Counted from the first letter of the whole stretch, positions 1 to 12,045 are shown. The stretch is 56,422 nucleotides of DNA, filler included, from Sphacelaria rigidula (GCA_964200075.2; 4 parts of 4 records of this genome joined end to end with filler, not necessarily neighbours in it), one strand, 5' to 3'. Translations and numbers: made by a program. Notes: generated by a model not told the origin, from the sequence alone.

Positions 1-65
1 AGTAGTTGCTTCTTTTTTTATTTGTTTTTTTGGGACGTGGGGGGGGGGGTGGGGGGGGGGGGGGG

Positions 66-411
66 CTATCGTGGAAAGTGTCGCAGATAAATACGGCAAA
101 ACTCAACGGAATCTTGAAAAAGTCGCCACTTTTCTCTGGACGTGAATGTTTTTTTCCGTTCTTGGACAAAAAATCTTGTTTGGCTAAAATAAAAGCTGCG
201 GCAACCGGAAAACGGGAAGATGTCCTGGAACCGCCTCAACAAGTAGAGCAAGTCATGCCAAGGTGTCGGACTCCGCCAAGCTCTCTTTTGGGGCGTAAAA
301 CGACGTAAAAGCTCCAAAAAAGTATTTTTCCAGATTTTTTTTTTTTTCTGTTATAAGGAGCGGCCTAAGCAGGAAAAAAAAAGTTACGCTGGCTTATGGA
401 CGCTAAGGGGG
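66..411. mobile_element. Right end of a non-autonomous piggyBac-like element
   Basis: Ends CGCTAAGGGGG immediately before TTAA (412-415). The body is similar to one arm of the foldback at 2868-3280. Confidence 0.55.
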
Positions 412-415
412 TTAA

Positions 416-2450
416 CCCTTTGACCGCAACCATACAGCATACGAACCGGGCCGGCCTTAAAGCTGAAGAACAACCCGACGAACATATCTCAAGAGCCGCG
501 GCGACGTATAGCCAAGTGAACATATCCCCGTGATCAGGAGATCGCCGTGCGTGTTCTCCGACAGCTCTTAATGCACTTTATGGTGTCCATGTCAAGGGAA
601 AAGGGCGAAACCGGGGTCTCAGAGTCACTTTGTCACCATTTGGGTGCGCAGAGAACGTGTGCTCGATTCCCGACAAATGCGTTTCTTTTCCCTCGAAATA
701 CATTATTTTCTCCGTCGAAAAAGTAAGGACGCGAAGAGAGATGGCTTGATCCCTCGAGGTCACGGACTCGTCCCAAGGAGGAGGGAAGAATGTACGCCGA
801 TAATATACTAGGCCAAGTACAGCGAACGCCCAAATATGAACTCGACAGGAGGAAAAAAAAAGCGATTCTGCCACGTATGATAGCGTTGATGGGACGATGA
901 AATATCTTGACGTCTGCGCAGCGTGAGATTACCTACTGGGTTGATGGCGTCCGCATGTACGAGTTTCACACTCCCACGTACCCTGATAAAAAAAAATTCT
1001 ACACTTAGCATCCCCTCGGCTGTCACGTCCCCTTTCGGAACAATATTTTCGTGGAAACTCCATCGTCCCATCAGAGCTATCGTATGTGTAAAAATCACCC
1101 ACACTATCCTCTGGAATGTATCATTCCCATTTGCAGCTCACTTATATATCTTGCGTGGGGTTTGGCACCAGAAAGGCACTTGATTTTGTTCCGAAATGAG
1201 GCCTGGTGGCGAAGGTACTACATCGTGCAGTGCCTCGAGACAATACACATGGTGAGGGTGTGGGACACCTTCATGCGGATGCCGCCGACCCATTTGGTAC
1301 CTCACGCTATGCAGACGCCAAGATATTTCGTCGCCTCATCAATCTCATCATACGGTGGCAGAATCGCTGGCACCTTACTCCTGGCGAATATTTGGGCTCG
1401 TGCAGTACTCAAGCGAGTACGTTATCGGCACACGGCCATTTTTCGTCACTCTAGCGGCACACAACCTTTTTTTGTCAACTCTCTAAACCCCTCTCATTCC
1501 TCGGACGAGCCCATGGTCTCACACCCTCAGAGTTTCGATGGTGAAATCTTCTAGTTCGAAGAAATCAAGGGTCGGACAAATAATAATTCGTCTGGAAATT
1601 ACTTGGTTTTAGTATGATGAGTCGACTCGTGACGAATCAATCCCTACGCTGCATTTCAGCGTTGCAACCCAGGTACACGCAGCCCACACACNNNNNNNNN
1701 NCAGCCCAGACACGTGGAATGGCGCAAAAGTTGTGTGGATACCCCTTAGATCAGCGATCAACTTTTTTCTCCCTTTTAGGCAATCAGGCCGAAGAAATCG
1801 TGAATTTGGTGATTTTGCGTCATGATTTGTCCTAACCGTGGAATAATTACACGACGAATCTGGCGGGAATTGAATAACGTTCTCTCTACCCCAATGGTAA
1901 CGGTGAGATCATTGGACCACCGGAGCACGGCGGCTGGAATAATGACGCGAAAACGACGACGCGCGGTGGATAGCCTCGAGTTTGTGGGTGAAAAAATGAC
2001 ACCAGAGAAACAACACATGGGCCTACCATATCCCCCGCATCAGACAAGTTTTTGTGTTACTCGCTCTATCTGAGGGATCTGAAGAAAAGCCTAAAAACCG
2101 AATCGCCCGGAAATGGGGTCAAGAAATATAGTGAAATGGCTGATCCCGGGGTAGGATAGCCCCGAGAGTTGTTCCTCTGGTGTAAAACATTGACCCCAAA
2201 ATTCGAAGAATGCGCTGCGAATGGCCTGCGACCTGTGGCGACGGAGCCTTGGCCGACCGAACGCGAAGATCATCTACTGAATCAGCATCAGTTTCATTTG
2301 AAAAAATCAGTGCATCACCACATGGCCTTCCCTCCCCGCCAACGTCTTCTAACTTCGCCAAAACACTTAGAGAAGAAAATCCAGTCACAAACCTTGGCGC
2401 AGGCACACATGAGACTAAGAACGATAATTTCACGGTCAACGATTAAGGGG
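416..2450. mobile_element. piggyBac-like composite non-coding element containing foldback arms
   Basis: Begins TTAA|CCCTTTGACCGC; the same terminus occurs in reverse at 54137-54152 (GCGGTCAAAGGG|TTAA). Possible degenerate right end ...TAAGGGG|TTGA at 2450. Internal inverted arms at about 700-975 vs 1255-1555 and about 1570 vs 1840. Confidence 0.45.
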
Positions 2451-2463
2451 TTGACATGCTCAC

Positions 2464-5400
2464 CGGCGACTGCATCCTCCGCGTCACGCGGGTCCTCGAA
2501 CTCGATGAATGCAAAGCCCATCCTCACGTCAATTTTCTGAGGGTAAATACAGAAACGACACGAACAAAACAGCAGGTGGTTGCATGAGTAAAGGTCGCTA
2601 GAACAGATTAATATGCATGTACGTGGTCCGTTTGCGTTTTCAGGTATGTGCGCGGTCACCCGAGTTCACACGATGCTCATTTGATCATTGTTTGATCATT
2701 TCACGTGAAACGATCCGCCGCGCATGCAGTCGTGGTAGGAACATCAAAGTGCTGATGGAGGTACTGTCTACGGCGATGAAACACTGCCTAGAGGAAGTCC
2801 CAGAAAATAGGCACAGGGCCCACAGGTAGGAGCAAAAATCACAAGTTGTAACATCTTTCGACCAATCAGGCCGCTCCATCTTTTGAACAAAAAAAAGCCC
2901 TGTAAAAACGCGTTCTTGGTCCTTCTTCGTCGTTTTCTGCCCTGAAAAAAAGCCAGGCGAAGTTCGACACCTTTACATGACTTGCTCTACTCGTTGAGAC
3001 GATTCCAGGACATGTTCGCATTTCTCGGTGGCAACAGTTTTTATTTTGGCCGAACTTGCACTTTTTTCTAGATTCGACCGTTCTTCACCGTTTTTGAACA
3101 AAAAAGCAAGTTTTGCCAAAATAAAAAAACGCGAAGATATCGTGGAACCGTCTGAACGAGGAGAGCGGGCCATTCCAAGGTGTCAAACTCCGCCTAGCTC
3201 TCCATCAGGGCGTAAAACGACGAAGGACCAAAACGCGTTTTCACAGGACTTTTTCTTTTGCGCCATAAGGAGCAGCCTCAGAGCCTTTCGAGGTACGAAA
3301 ACTCGGGAACATTTCACTCATCACATTAGAGCTATGAGAGGCACATGAGGAGCAAAATCCCCTTCAATGGCCCACAGGTTGCGCCGCAGCGAGAGAGACA
3401 GCTGCGATGATCAATCGCCGAGGATACAGCAGTACGCACTGGCTCAGTTCACCTATCCTAACCTGCAGGCACCCGCCTCGTGTCTCCCCCAGGCACAGCA
3501 CCCGACTCCAACTGGAGTACCGAGATACAGCGAGCAGCTGCACAGCAATCCCGCGATTTTTCAACTTTGTATAGACAGCACTGTTGTCCCACCCCATTCT
3601 GTACATACCCAGACACAGCAGCAGCACAGCAGTTCAGGTACTCCCCAACACATGTCAAGCCGTGTTTGAAAAGGGTTCAAGCGTACCACAGCACAGCGGC
3701 AACTACAGCATAAGAACGACGGGTGTGAAAGGTGCCTCGATCGTTTTACGGAAGACGGGACAGCCAACACATCATGACGTTTTCAGCAGTGTGTAGATAA
3801 CACTATGTGCGGACTATTATTTTCTTGAACACAACCACAATTTAGCAGCTCGGGCAATCCCAGCGGAGACCAAACCGCCTTTGCAAGGTTTCAACACACA
3901 ACGGTACAGTACAGTGACAGCTACAGCACATGAGGGTGTGAGTGCATTTGTGCTCCAGTACACTAAAACAGGACATGTCCCACGTTCTAGTTCTTCACCT
4001 AATTTTGAACGCCCAGCCACAATCGCGCTTCGCGTAAAAATATTTTGATTCGCATTGTGTTAACTCCATTTGTGGGAGGTGAGGGCGTGTCCTCCCACAC
4101 GATTTTTCGACCGAAAATGTGCGGTGGAAAAGGAAAATTCCGAACTGATGACATCACGACGTATCAGATCGGAATGTTCCTTTTCCACCGCACTTTTTCG
4201 GTCGAAAAATGATTTGCAAAGAGACGGCCTGAGACAGAAAATGAGAATAGGGGGAATGAAAATTTAACGGCCCACTGTATAGGCCCAGTACGGAATTATA
4301 GTGCTAGTATTATGTTACTATATCCATCACATTGGCTCGATCTTTCGAACCCGTGGTCACAGAGTGCAAGGAAGATACCACCTATACCCATATAACCCAA
4401 ACAGCCCGCAGAAGAAGGCAAGAAATAAAACATCTACACGAAAAAAGGGCACCTACACCACGAAACATCCGTATGAGACCAATTGAACTACAGGAGACCT
4501 ACTTGTACTGGAGTCTATTGCCCATATATCGGAACGAAAATACGACGACAGCGACAACGGCAACGACAACAACGACGACAACGACGACAACAACAACAAC
4601 AAAAGACAAGGTAGGTTGCCAACTATGACGAAAGCTTGTTAGAGTATGTTGCTGCCTTCGAGCAGCTCCTAGATTGATTACTGCCCTCCTGTCAAAATAT
4701 TTCGAGTATTTCTCCCTTGTCTCTTGCGACCGACTTTCTGGTTCGCAGACATCGCCAACAATAAGCTATCGCCACTCAACACGATACTGTTCTCAGGAGT
4801 GTATTCATGTAGTGTGCATGTACTCTGATGGAGCAACAGCTCATAGCTTGTGCAGTGAGGTGCAGTTGTTACGATTCCGTCTCGAGGGAAAGCATGTCTG
4901 TGTTGATGCAACTGTGACTGACCTCGATCCTGCCATATCTGTTGAACGCGCGGTCCAGGTCTCGGTCTCGCGTGTGCCTTCGACCAAACCGCAGGTTATC
5001 GGCGTGTTCACAAACGGACAACGGGAAGCAGACATACGACGGGTAAAATGACTTTCCGAAGAACGTGCAAATCAGAATAGAAAAATAGGGGTGGAGTTCA
5101 ACACGTGTTGAGAAAACGAATGATGATGCCGAAATCTTGCATTTGATTCTTGCGCAGCGTCGCACTCTGTGAGATGGCATGGAGAAGGGAACGACTGAAG
5201 TAAAGCTGCATTGTTATGCGGCCTTCAAACGTCGTATGGCAGGCAGGGCAGCAGCAACACGGATACCATTGATGCACATTGAACGAACGACGCGACCTTT
5301 TCCTTGCCTACCGGGTACCCATAGATATCCTCATCAGACGCCTGCGAAAGATGGGCGCAGTGAAACATCCCTCCCATGCACTTCTGAACTACTATAGAGC

Positions 5401-5720
5401 TTTATTTCGTGGATTAGAGTATCATGCGGTACAGCTCGAGAAGCGCTACGTTGCAAGCAGCACGGCATAGAAAGAGTGAATCCGCCACATGCGGGATGCA
5501 AGGCAAGGGCGTTTGCTTTCAGTACTACTGATTACGATGCTCAGCATTCAACACAGTACAGTACTTCATTGCCCATATCTCCGTTTTGGGAGACCGGCAT
5601 GGATGGGTGGGAGATGGAATTTGTCGTTTTCTTCCTTTACCTCTGTTGAGATACATGAGATGAGACACATCTCAACACTTACGGCGATAGATGGCCGACG
5701 TAGATCCTCGTGCTTGTCAT
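2464..5720 (-). CDS. SR-family splicing factor, N-terminal RRM; 5' part only. Exons 5720-5683, 4977-4923, 2536-2464; further exons not found in this segment
   Basis: GT-AG junctions join in frame (38+55+73 nt) to give [55 protein letters not shown], with RNP2 (IYVGHL), RNP1 (GFAFIEF) and the SR-protein [11 protein letters not shown] motif. Confidence 0.92.
2868..3280. mobile_element. Imperfect foldback repeat in SR gene intron 2
   Basis: The left arm AAAACGCGTTCTTGGTCCTTCTTCGTCGTTTTCTGCCCTGA is the inverse of the right arm TCAGGGCGTAAAACGACGAAGGACCAAAACGCGTTTT; centre near 3075. Confidence 0.75.
4102..4210. repeat. Near-perfect hairpin (48-bp arms, 3 mismatches, 13-nt loop)
   Basis: ATTTTTCGACCGAAAATGTGCGGTGGAAAAGGAAAATTCCGAACTGAT vs ATCAGATCGGAATGTTCCTTTTCCACCGCACTTTTTCGGTCGAAAAAT. 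Confidence 0.9.
4542..4602. repeat. (ACA/ACG)n microsatellite
   Basis: Seen directly. Confidence 0.9.
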
Positions 5721-7286
5721 TCTGCCTGTCTTCAGTTGCTCTTGGGTACGGGTATGAGGTATCTGTGGCGTCTCACCGGAAATGCACACTGGTGATGGTC
5801 GCTTTGCAGGCGGAAGCATAATTTGGTGCTTATATTATAGAGTTATTTTCTACTATGAATTTTCGGTGTGCTTTCATTGTCCGGTTGTACTCAATCAAAA
5901 GGGAATATTAGCCAAGAAGGGAGCCTGAAGTTTCAGTCGAACACATAGATATGATTACTTAATTCTAACGATTGCAAAAGTAAGCGATCAACGTGGGAGA
6001 CAGTACGGTGGTTTGCGTACAGATAAGACTTCGGGTCTGAAAGTGCCTTAGTGTGATGGTGAAAACATAAACGACATTGACGGAGTGCACACAAGGATAA
6101 CTCAACATGCCTAACCCAGCACGTCTCGTCGCCATCTCATTTGTGTTGTCCAAGTTGTGGCATCTACTGCAGTATCTGTTCCCTCGCGAAGCCTTTCAAG
6201 GTCAGTTTTCATGCTGCTGTCCATATTGTTGAGTTCTTGACGTCTTGGGACATGCAATTTGCACGCACGACCAGTACCAATCCATCTTTTGAGGTCCTTC
6301 AATCTGTCCTTCGGCTTGGGTCCATCCTTTGCTCAGGGTGAGCGAGCGGGTCGAGGCTTGCAAGCATTTCGTCAGAACCGTGGCCTTGCGGGCTGATGTT
6401 ACGGTACCTATGGCGGTAGAGAATAAGATCGGAGTGCAATTTCTTCGCATTATGGGGTAAGCAGTAAGCACGTTGGGGAACAGCTGCAAAGTCGGCATAG
6501 AAGTGGCGACACCCCGCCATCTTATTGTTGTATGAAAGCATCCGATCTCTCCGCAAAGACACTTTCAACGTTTTACCCGAGATGCGGTAATAACCGACGG
6601 CATACGGCGTAGTCGGGGCAAAACAGATCATGCGTAGCAGCTTGTGTGCCGTTGTGCACGGCGTTGGCAGGGTTTTTGCTACTTTCAAACTTACTGGAGT
6701 TGTATGCGAGAAAGATGTGTGCAACAGCATCCGTTCGTCTAAACCTACTAAAAGAACGTTCCGCGTGCGGTGCGAAGAACACAACGTATACCCGTACTGT
6801 TGTCTGTGCTGTAGTCGTAGATGCTGCACGTGCGACTTCCACGCCATAGTTGAAAGTCAAAGATGGAAAGATACTTGGTACAATCCGTCGTTGTGCGAAA
6901 ATGTCGCCGCTACATGCACGCGCCCACCTCTTGTTCAGATGCGTGTGTTTTCACCTCCCCAATGACGCTACAGCTGGTGTGAAGAGGTCGAACCCGCGAG
7001 AGGCGCTGTGATCCGAACTCGTGACTCGGTGCATGACTCTCTCTTCGACCACTCTGTGCGTGACCTTCGTGCACCTTACTCACAGTACGTTCACATGCGG
7101 AAGACTACCTCAGCAGCAGACAACGTACAACGGTACAGTGGTGGAACGCAGCGTGAGGCAACTCAGGGTGGGCTAAAGGCGGACGAACCTTGGAGGGGAC
7201 GCCGCAGCGTAGCCTGACCTGCGGTAGACTTGGGTGCGAGATTCGAAACTCTATACTCCACGTCCTAGCTTGTCGTGCTGGCTCAG

Positions 7287-8276
7287 ATGCGGGCCACGCC
7301 TCGGTTCAGGCTGTTCAATAATCGGGGCGCTGCTGATGATAACGTTGAGGCACAGCAGCAACGACGTGAGGGAAGCGCACGTAGACGTGTCACCAGCAGA
7401 CAGAGCAGTTATTACCGCAGAAATGATGGGAGACTCAACCACCGACGAAGGCGCCCCGCGTCATCCATCCTCTTTCGATGCAGCCGCGGCCCCGTGACGG
7501 TCACCTTGGCTGTCGCCGTGTGGTCATTCGCTCTGGTCACATACCGCCTGCTGCACTGGTTATCGACACATCATTTTTCATCCGACCAACCACCAAGCGG
7601 AGGCCCTATTCCCGCTTTGGGTGACAACCTCGGGCCCGACGCCATCCCCTCTGTGTTTGTTGTCGAGCGTAGCGAAAATTTTGGTCCACGGCAGTATCCA
7701 CCATTGGGTGGCGGCCAAAATGCGTGCCTGAACACAGCGCAGGGAAAAGCCCTGCTGGCCGACAGTGAAGGCAGGGTGTGTTATCGCAACGCAGAGCGAA
7801 ATCTCGTCCGACCGGGCTGTTGCTCGACAAAACCCCCACGGCCGCTTTCGCCTCGTGATGGACCTCGTTCCGTCGTCCCTTTTGAAAACACCAACGCTCA
7901 AAGTTCGGAAAATGACAGGCAGCAACTGTTGTCGTTGCGCAAGGCCAAAAAAGATGGGCGAAGAACGCTGGACGTCATAAATCCCCACCTGGACAGCCCG
8001 CAGATAGTTCAACCGCAAGAGGCTCTAAGAGGGTCAAACGGCGATGTTGGTGGAGCCGATTTTCCGCCGGCAGAGGCGTTGTCGGCGTTATTCTCGTGTT
8101 GGAGCTGCGACGTCTCCGATGCGGGTCGAGGCAGCTCGTGCTGTCGGTCGTATGAGTTTTGTGTCTCATGTTGCTTGGACCCACGGCGGGCGGACGAACG
8201 GGAGGCTATCCAAGCCGCGGGCGCGCATTCAGGCCACCCTGCCTATGCTGACGATTTCCACACGAAGATGAACCAG
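7287..8276 (+). CDS. SPRING1: SPRING1 / C12orf49 (DUF2054, UPF0454)-like type II membrane protein; first exon only
   Basis: 330-codon exon from ATG 7287 to donor CAG|GTGAAC at 8276. It has a single hydrophobic segment (VTVTLAVAVWSFALVTY) and then Cys motifs CLNTAQGKALLADSEGRVC...GCC...FSCWSC...CCRSYEFCVSCCLDP, matching the recalled SPRING pattern CRNSIQGK..ITDELGYVC...GCC...CCSAYEYCVSCCLQP. The C-terminal exon was not found. Confidence 0.85.
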
Positions 8277-8719
8277 GTGAACATTTCAGCGTGTGTCAGC
8301 GGGCGGTTCGTACGCAGAGTCGTGTGTGTTGATTGCTTGACCGGGGCGTACGGCTTTGAGGCCCTGGTATCCTTCGGGTTCTTGCTTCTCCGAAACGTTT
8401 TGTAGGGTGGTCGGATACTCTTCTCGTCGCACCTAAGATTCTTAATTCACATGGATTTTGTTGTCGCCAACTGAAAGCACCGTGACACAATAATTTCCCC
8501 CGGAGTGGATGTAAATCGACGTTTTAGGTTGCAATGGTGGATGCACCATTGCCTTGCTTTGCTGAGTGCACTCAGCTCAATACTGTCGATGACATTGACA
8601 AATATTAAACGGCAGACGTCGCCACTCTCTCACCACCCCTGCGCATGTATGTGCTCACATCACGCTCACAAACCCCATATCATTACCGTCATATTTGCCT
8701 ACTAACAACGGCAGACTCA

Positions 8720-9113
8720 TGACTGAGTTTTGGGAATGGTACGGACGCTAAAATCAAAGAAGTACACTCTTGAACGGACGAACTACTAGAACTCGTGTAG
8801 TGCACGTTAAACTGGACCAACTTCGACCTCTCGGGTAAAAAAATCGCTGTTTACTGATTTGCATAGCAGGCATGATATTCCGTGGCCCGTGGCGAAGGAT
8901 AGATAGTTTTATCTCTTGTATTATTGGAGAGTGCCTTGACTGAGTCGACCCTATGATAGAGGGATCAGATGTAGAGTACGCTCAGGTGGCGACGTATCAG
9001 CCAGCCTGAGCACGGTGCTGTCTTCACACACACTTGACTACCAGCACCCGTGCGTCAGACGTAGTCTATCCGCACATGTACATGTTCACTCAGTGTACCT
9101 GTTCACATGAACA
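8720..9113 (-). repeat. Putative 3' LTR of the Copia element
   Basis: The minus strand reads purine tract AGAGGGGG then TGTTCATG starting at 9113, about 300 nt after the pol stop. There is no second LTR to compare, so the distal end is a guess. Confidence 0.5.
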
Positions 9114-9838
9114 CCCCCTCTGAACCGGTACATCAGTCGTCGTGGCTTCTTCTCTCTCAAAAAAAAAAAAGTTTCAAGGAAGAAACCCGGCCATCCGGGC
9201 AAAAAAAAAACTCCCCTCAACAGCTTGTGCTCCATCTAGATAATCCATGGACGCCGGTCAAGGCAGATACACGTCATGTCAGGAAACGCCCTGCAAAACC
9301 CATGCCCCTCAAAGTAGCGTAGGTGGCTTGACCCAAAATGCGCATAAATGCATCACTTGAACATCTAAAAATACTCGGCACTAGCACAATGGTACACACA
9401 AAAAACGTACCTACTTGTCACCTTCCAAGTTCATCAAAAACCGTCTGTGCCTCGTAAACAGGCTGATCGAGAGAGGCTTCGTCAAAATATCAGTATGCTG
9501 CCATCCTGAGCCTACATGCACAACCCTGACCTTTCCCGTCCCCACCAGCTCTCGAATGAAGTGATATCTCACGTCTATGTGCTTACTCCTTTCGGAACTG
9601 AGAGGATTCTCGGCCAGAGCTTTTGCTCCCTCGTTGTCCTCTTACAAAAGAATACCTTGGTCCTCCCCGCATCCCGACACAGTCTGCGGTCGCAGGAACG
9701 TTAACACTACCTTTACAAACAGTCCCTCCTTTGCCCCCTCGACCATTGCAACATACTCTGCCTCCGTAGTTGACAGAGTCACAGTGTTGCGTGCGGCTCG
9801 TTGCCGATACTACCACACCACCGTACATTACGGCTACC

Positions 9839-10282
9839 AACACGGGATCTTACAAATTGGGGATGGATCATTTATTGGGGATGAGAAACCCGGAGGATTT
9901 GAATCTTCGTATCCACACGAAATCTTCGAAATATGCTTCCATTTCTTCACCTACTGATAGCTATTGACAACTGTTACGCACCGTATAAATTTGAATTTCG
10001 ATCACCGAAATGATGGGGTCGTGGGTCATAAACCAATTTCGGAACCATTTTCGCGTCCGTTCGGACGCTCGAAATTCCCCAAAATTGGTTTTTCACCTGG
10101 GACCCCAACATTTCGGGTATCGAAATCCAAATTTGTACGGCATGTAGCAGTTGTCAATAGCTATCAGTAGGTGAAGAAATGGAACCATGTTTCGAAGATT
10201 TCGTGTGGATACGAAGATTTTAATCCTCCGGGTTTCTCATCCCCAATGAATGATCCACCCCCAATCTGTAAGATCCCGTGTT
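9839..10282. mobile_element. Foldback MITE (AACACGGGATCTT termini) inserted in the Copia RNase H
   Basis: Near-complete 444-nt palindrome AACACGGGATCTTACA...TGTAAGATCCCGTGTT, flanked by TACC/CACC. Further copies at 43218-43600 and about 56303-56342. Confidence 0.92.
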
Positions 10283-11778
10283 CACCCCTGATACCGAACG
10301 CCTATCCGTTTCCTTCTTAGCGTAGTCTACATCGCAGTAGACTGAGAGCCTATCATGACCTTCCTTGAACGTAGGTCCTCCTTCGTCTCATTGCGATTTT
10401 TAAGCACTTTCATCACAGCTTCCCAGTGCCTCTCGCATGGGTCATGGGACTGGCGAGCAGCGCTCGTACCGAATTCGCGATGTCGGGTCTGGTGACTGTT
10501 TCCAGCCACATCAACCCCCCCACTGCGTTACGGTATGGGCGATTCACTTATTTGTCTTCGCCCGTTGTCGGCCCCAACTTTACAGAAACAGAGGCAGGGA
10601 TTTCCGAGTACCCCCTCACTTCGAAACGTTTCAGGAGCGTGTCCGTGAACGTTGTTTGCGTCATAGACAGCGTTCCTCTATCCCAGTCTCTATCCACTGC
10701 ACACCCCATGTACCAGGTGACCTCTCCGAGATTGTTCGTGGGGAACTTTTTGTTCAGAATTTTGCCCACCTTTCCTACGTTTTCCTCAGAATCACTGATA
10801 AGGATGTCGTCCACATGGACAACTAAAATCACACGCACGTCTCCTGCATCCTCCATCCTGAAAACACATGGGTCAGCCTCACACCGCACCATCCCGCCGA
10901 TATCCTCCAGTAAAGTTTGGCACAGAAGACGAGACCACTGCCTGCCCGCTTGCTTGATCCCGTAAATAGACTTTTCCATCTTCACGGTCACGTCTGTCAA
11001 AACGAAGCAATCTTCACGCAACCTCATGTACACGTCGGTATCCATTTCTGCTTGAACAAAAGCCTGTGTCACGTCAAAGTGATGCAGCGGCCACTCTTCC
11101 TGAACTGCCACTGCCATGACCAGTTTGATGGAGGCCATGAAGGGCGTGGCCGCGAAAGTCTCGAAATAGTCGACTGCAAAACGTTGTCCGAATCCTCGTG
11201 CTAACAACCTTTGCCTTCGTTACAGTACCATCTGCGTTAATCTTCCAACTAAAAATCCACTTCGCTGAAATCACGTTTACTGCTTCCGGTACAGGTCTAG
11301 TCGAAAATGCTCCAGCCTTTTCATGACCTCCTAGTTCGGCCTGCATCGCGCCTAACCATGCCTCTCGAAATTCTGACTTTGCGATGTCATCCATACTGGT
11401 TGATGCTGCCTCTATTTTGCTTACATGTAGGCCAACCGGTGAACGTAAACCGATTTTAAGCTGCCCTACTCTGTTTTCCTCAGCAACAAAACAAAAACCT
11501 CGTTTTCAGCTAACTCATTTTGAGTCCAAGCGATTGCGTCTTGTCCGGCCACCTGTCCTGCTGCCGCGGTGATCATCTCCATGGTTGAGCATTTTTTCTC
11601 CGCCATTTCCGCCAGCGCCATCTCCACTTCCTTCTTACTCTCCTCCGCTCCGCTGGCCACCAGCGTTTGGCTCCTCGTACGCCCCGCCCTTGGTGTTGGT
11701 ATCCGGTCAGCCCACGCACGACGGCGTTGCTCGATCCTCGGGAGTTGAGGAGCGTCGCCGCCGCCCCCGCCGTCTTGC

Positions 11779-11816
11779 TACGACTCTAAGGCAAGCAACA
11801 AATGAGTACGCCCCCC
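11779..11816 (+). mobile_element. Very short 3'-terminal LINE fragment with oligo(C) tail
   Basis: ACGACTCTAAGGCAAGCAACAAATGAGTACG+C-run matches the LINE end at 24590-24624. It is flanked by CCCCCGCC(G/A)TCTTGC at 11764-11778 and 11817-11831. Confidence 0.85.
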
Positions 11817-12011
11817 CCCCCGCCATCTTGCGAGGGACCCGTGGAAGAGGGTGACAGTGCGGGCGACGAGGGAGTATCCGATGCCGATGTGAGCGTCGGC
11901 GTAGGTGTCTGCGTCGGCGTAGGTGTCGGCGTCTGCGCCGGTGTCTGCGTCGGCGTAGGTATCGGCGTCTGCGCTGGTGTCAGCGTCGGCGCTGATGTCG
12001 GCGTTGATGAA

Positions 12012-12045
<34 letters not shown>

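Noticed and set aside
6202-6407. Possible minus-strand exon upstream of the SR gene (acceptor CCATAG|GTACCG)
   Set aside because: No recognisable product or linked donor; it could be UTR but is unsupported.
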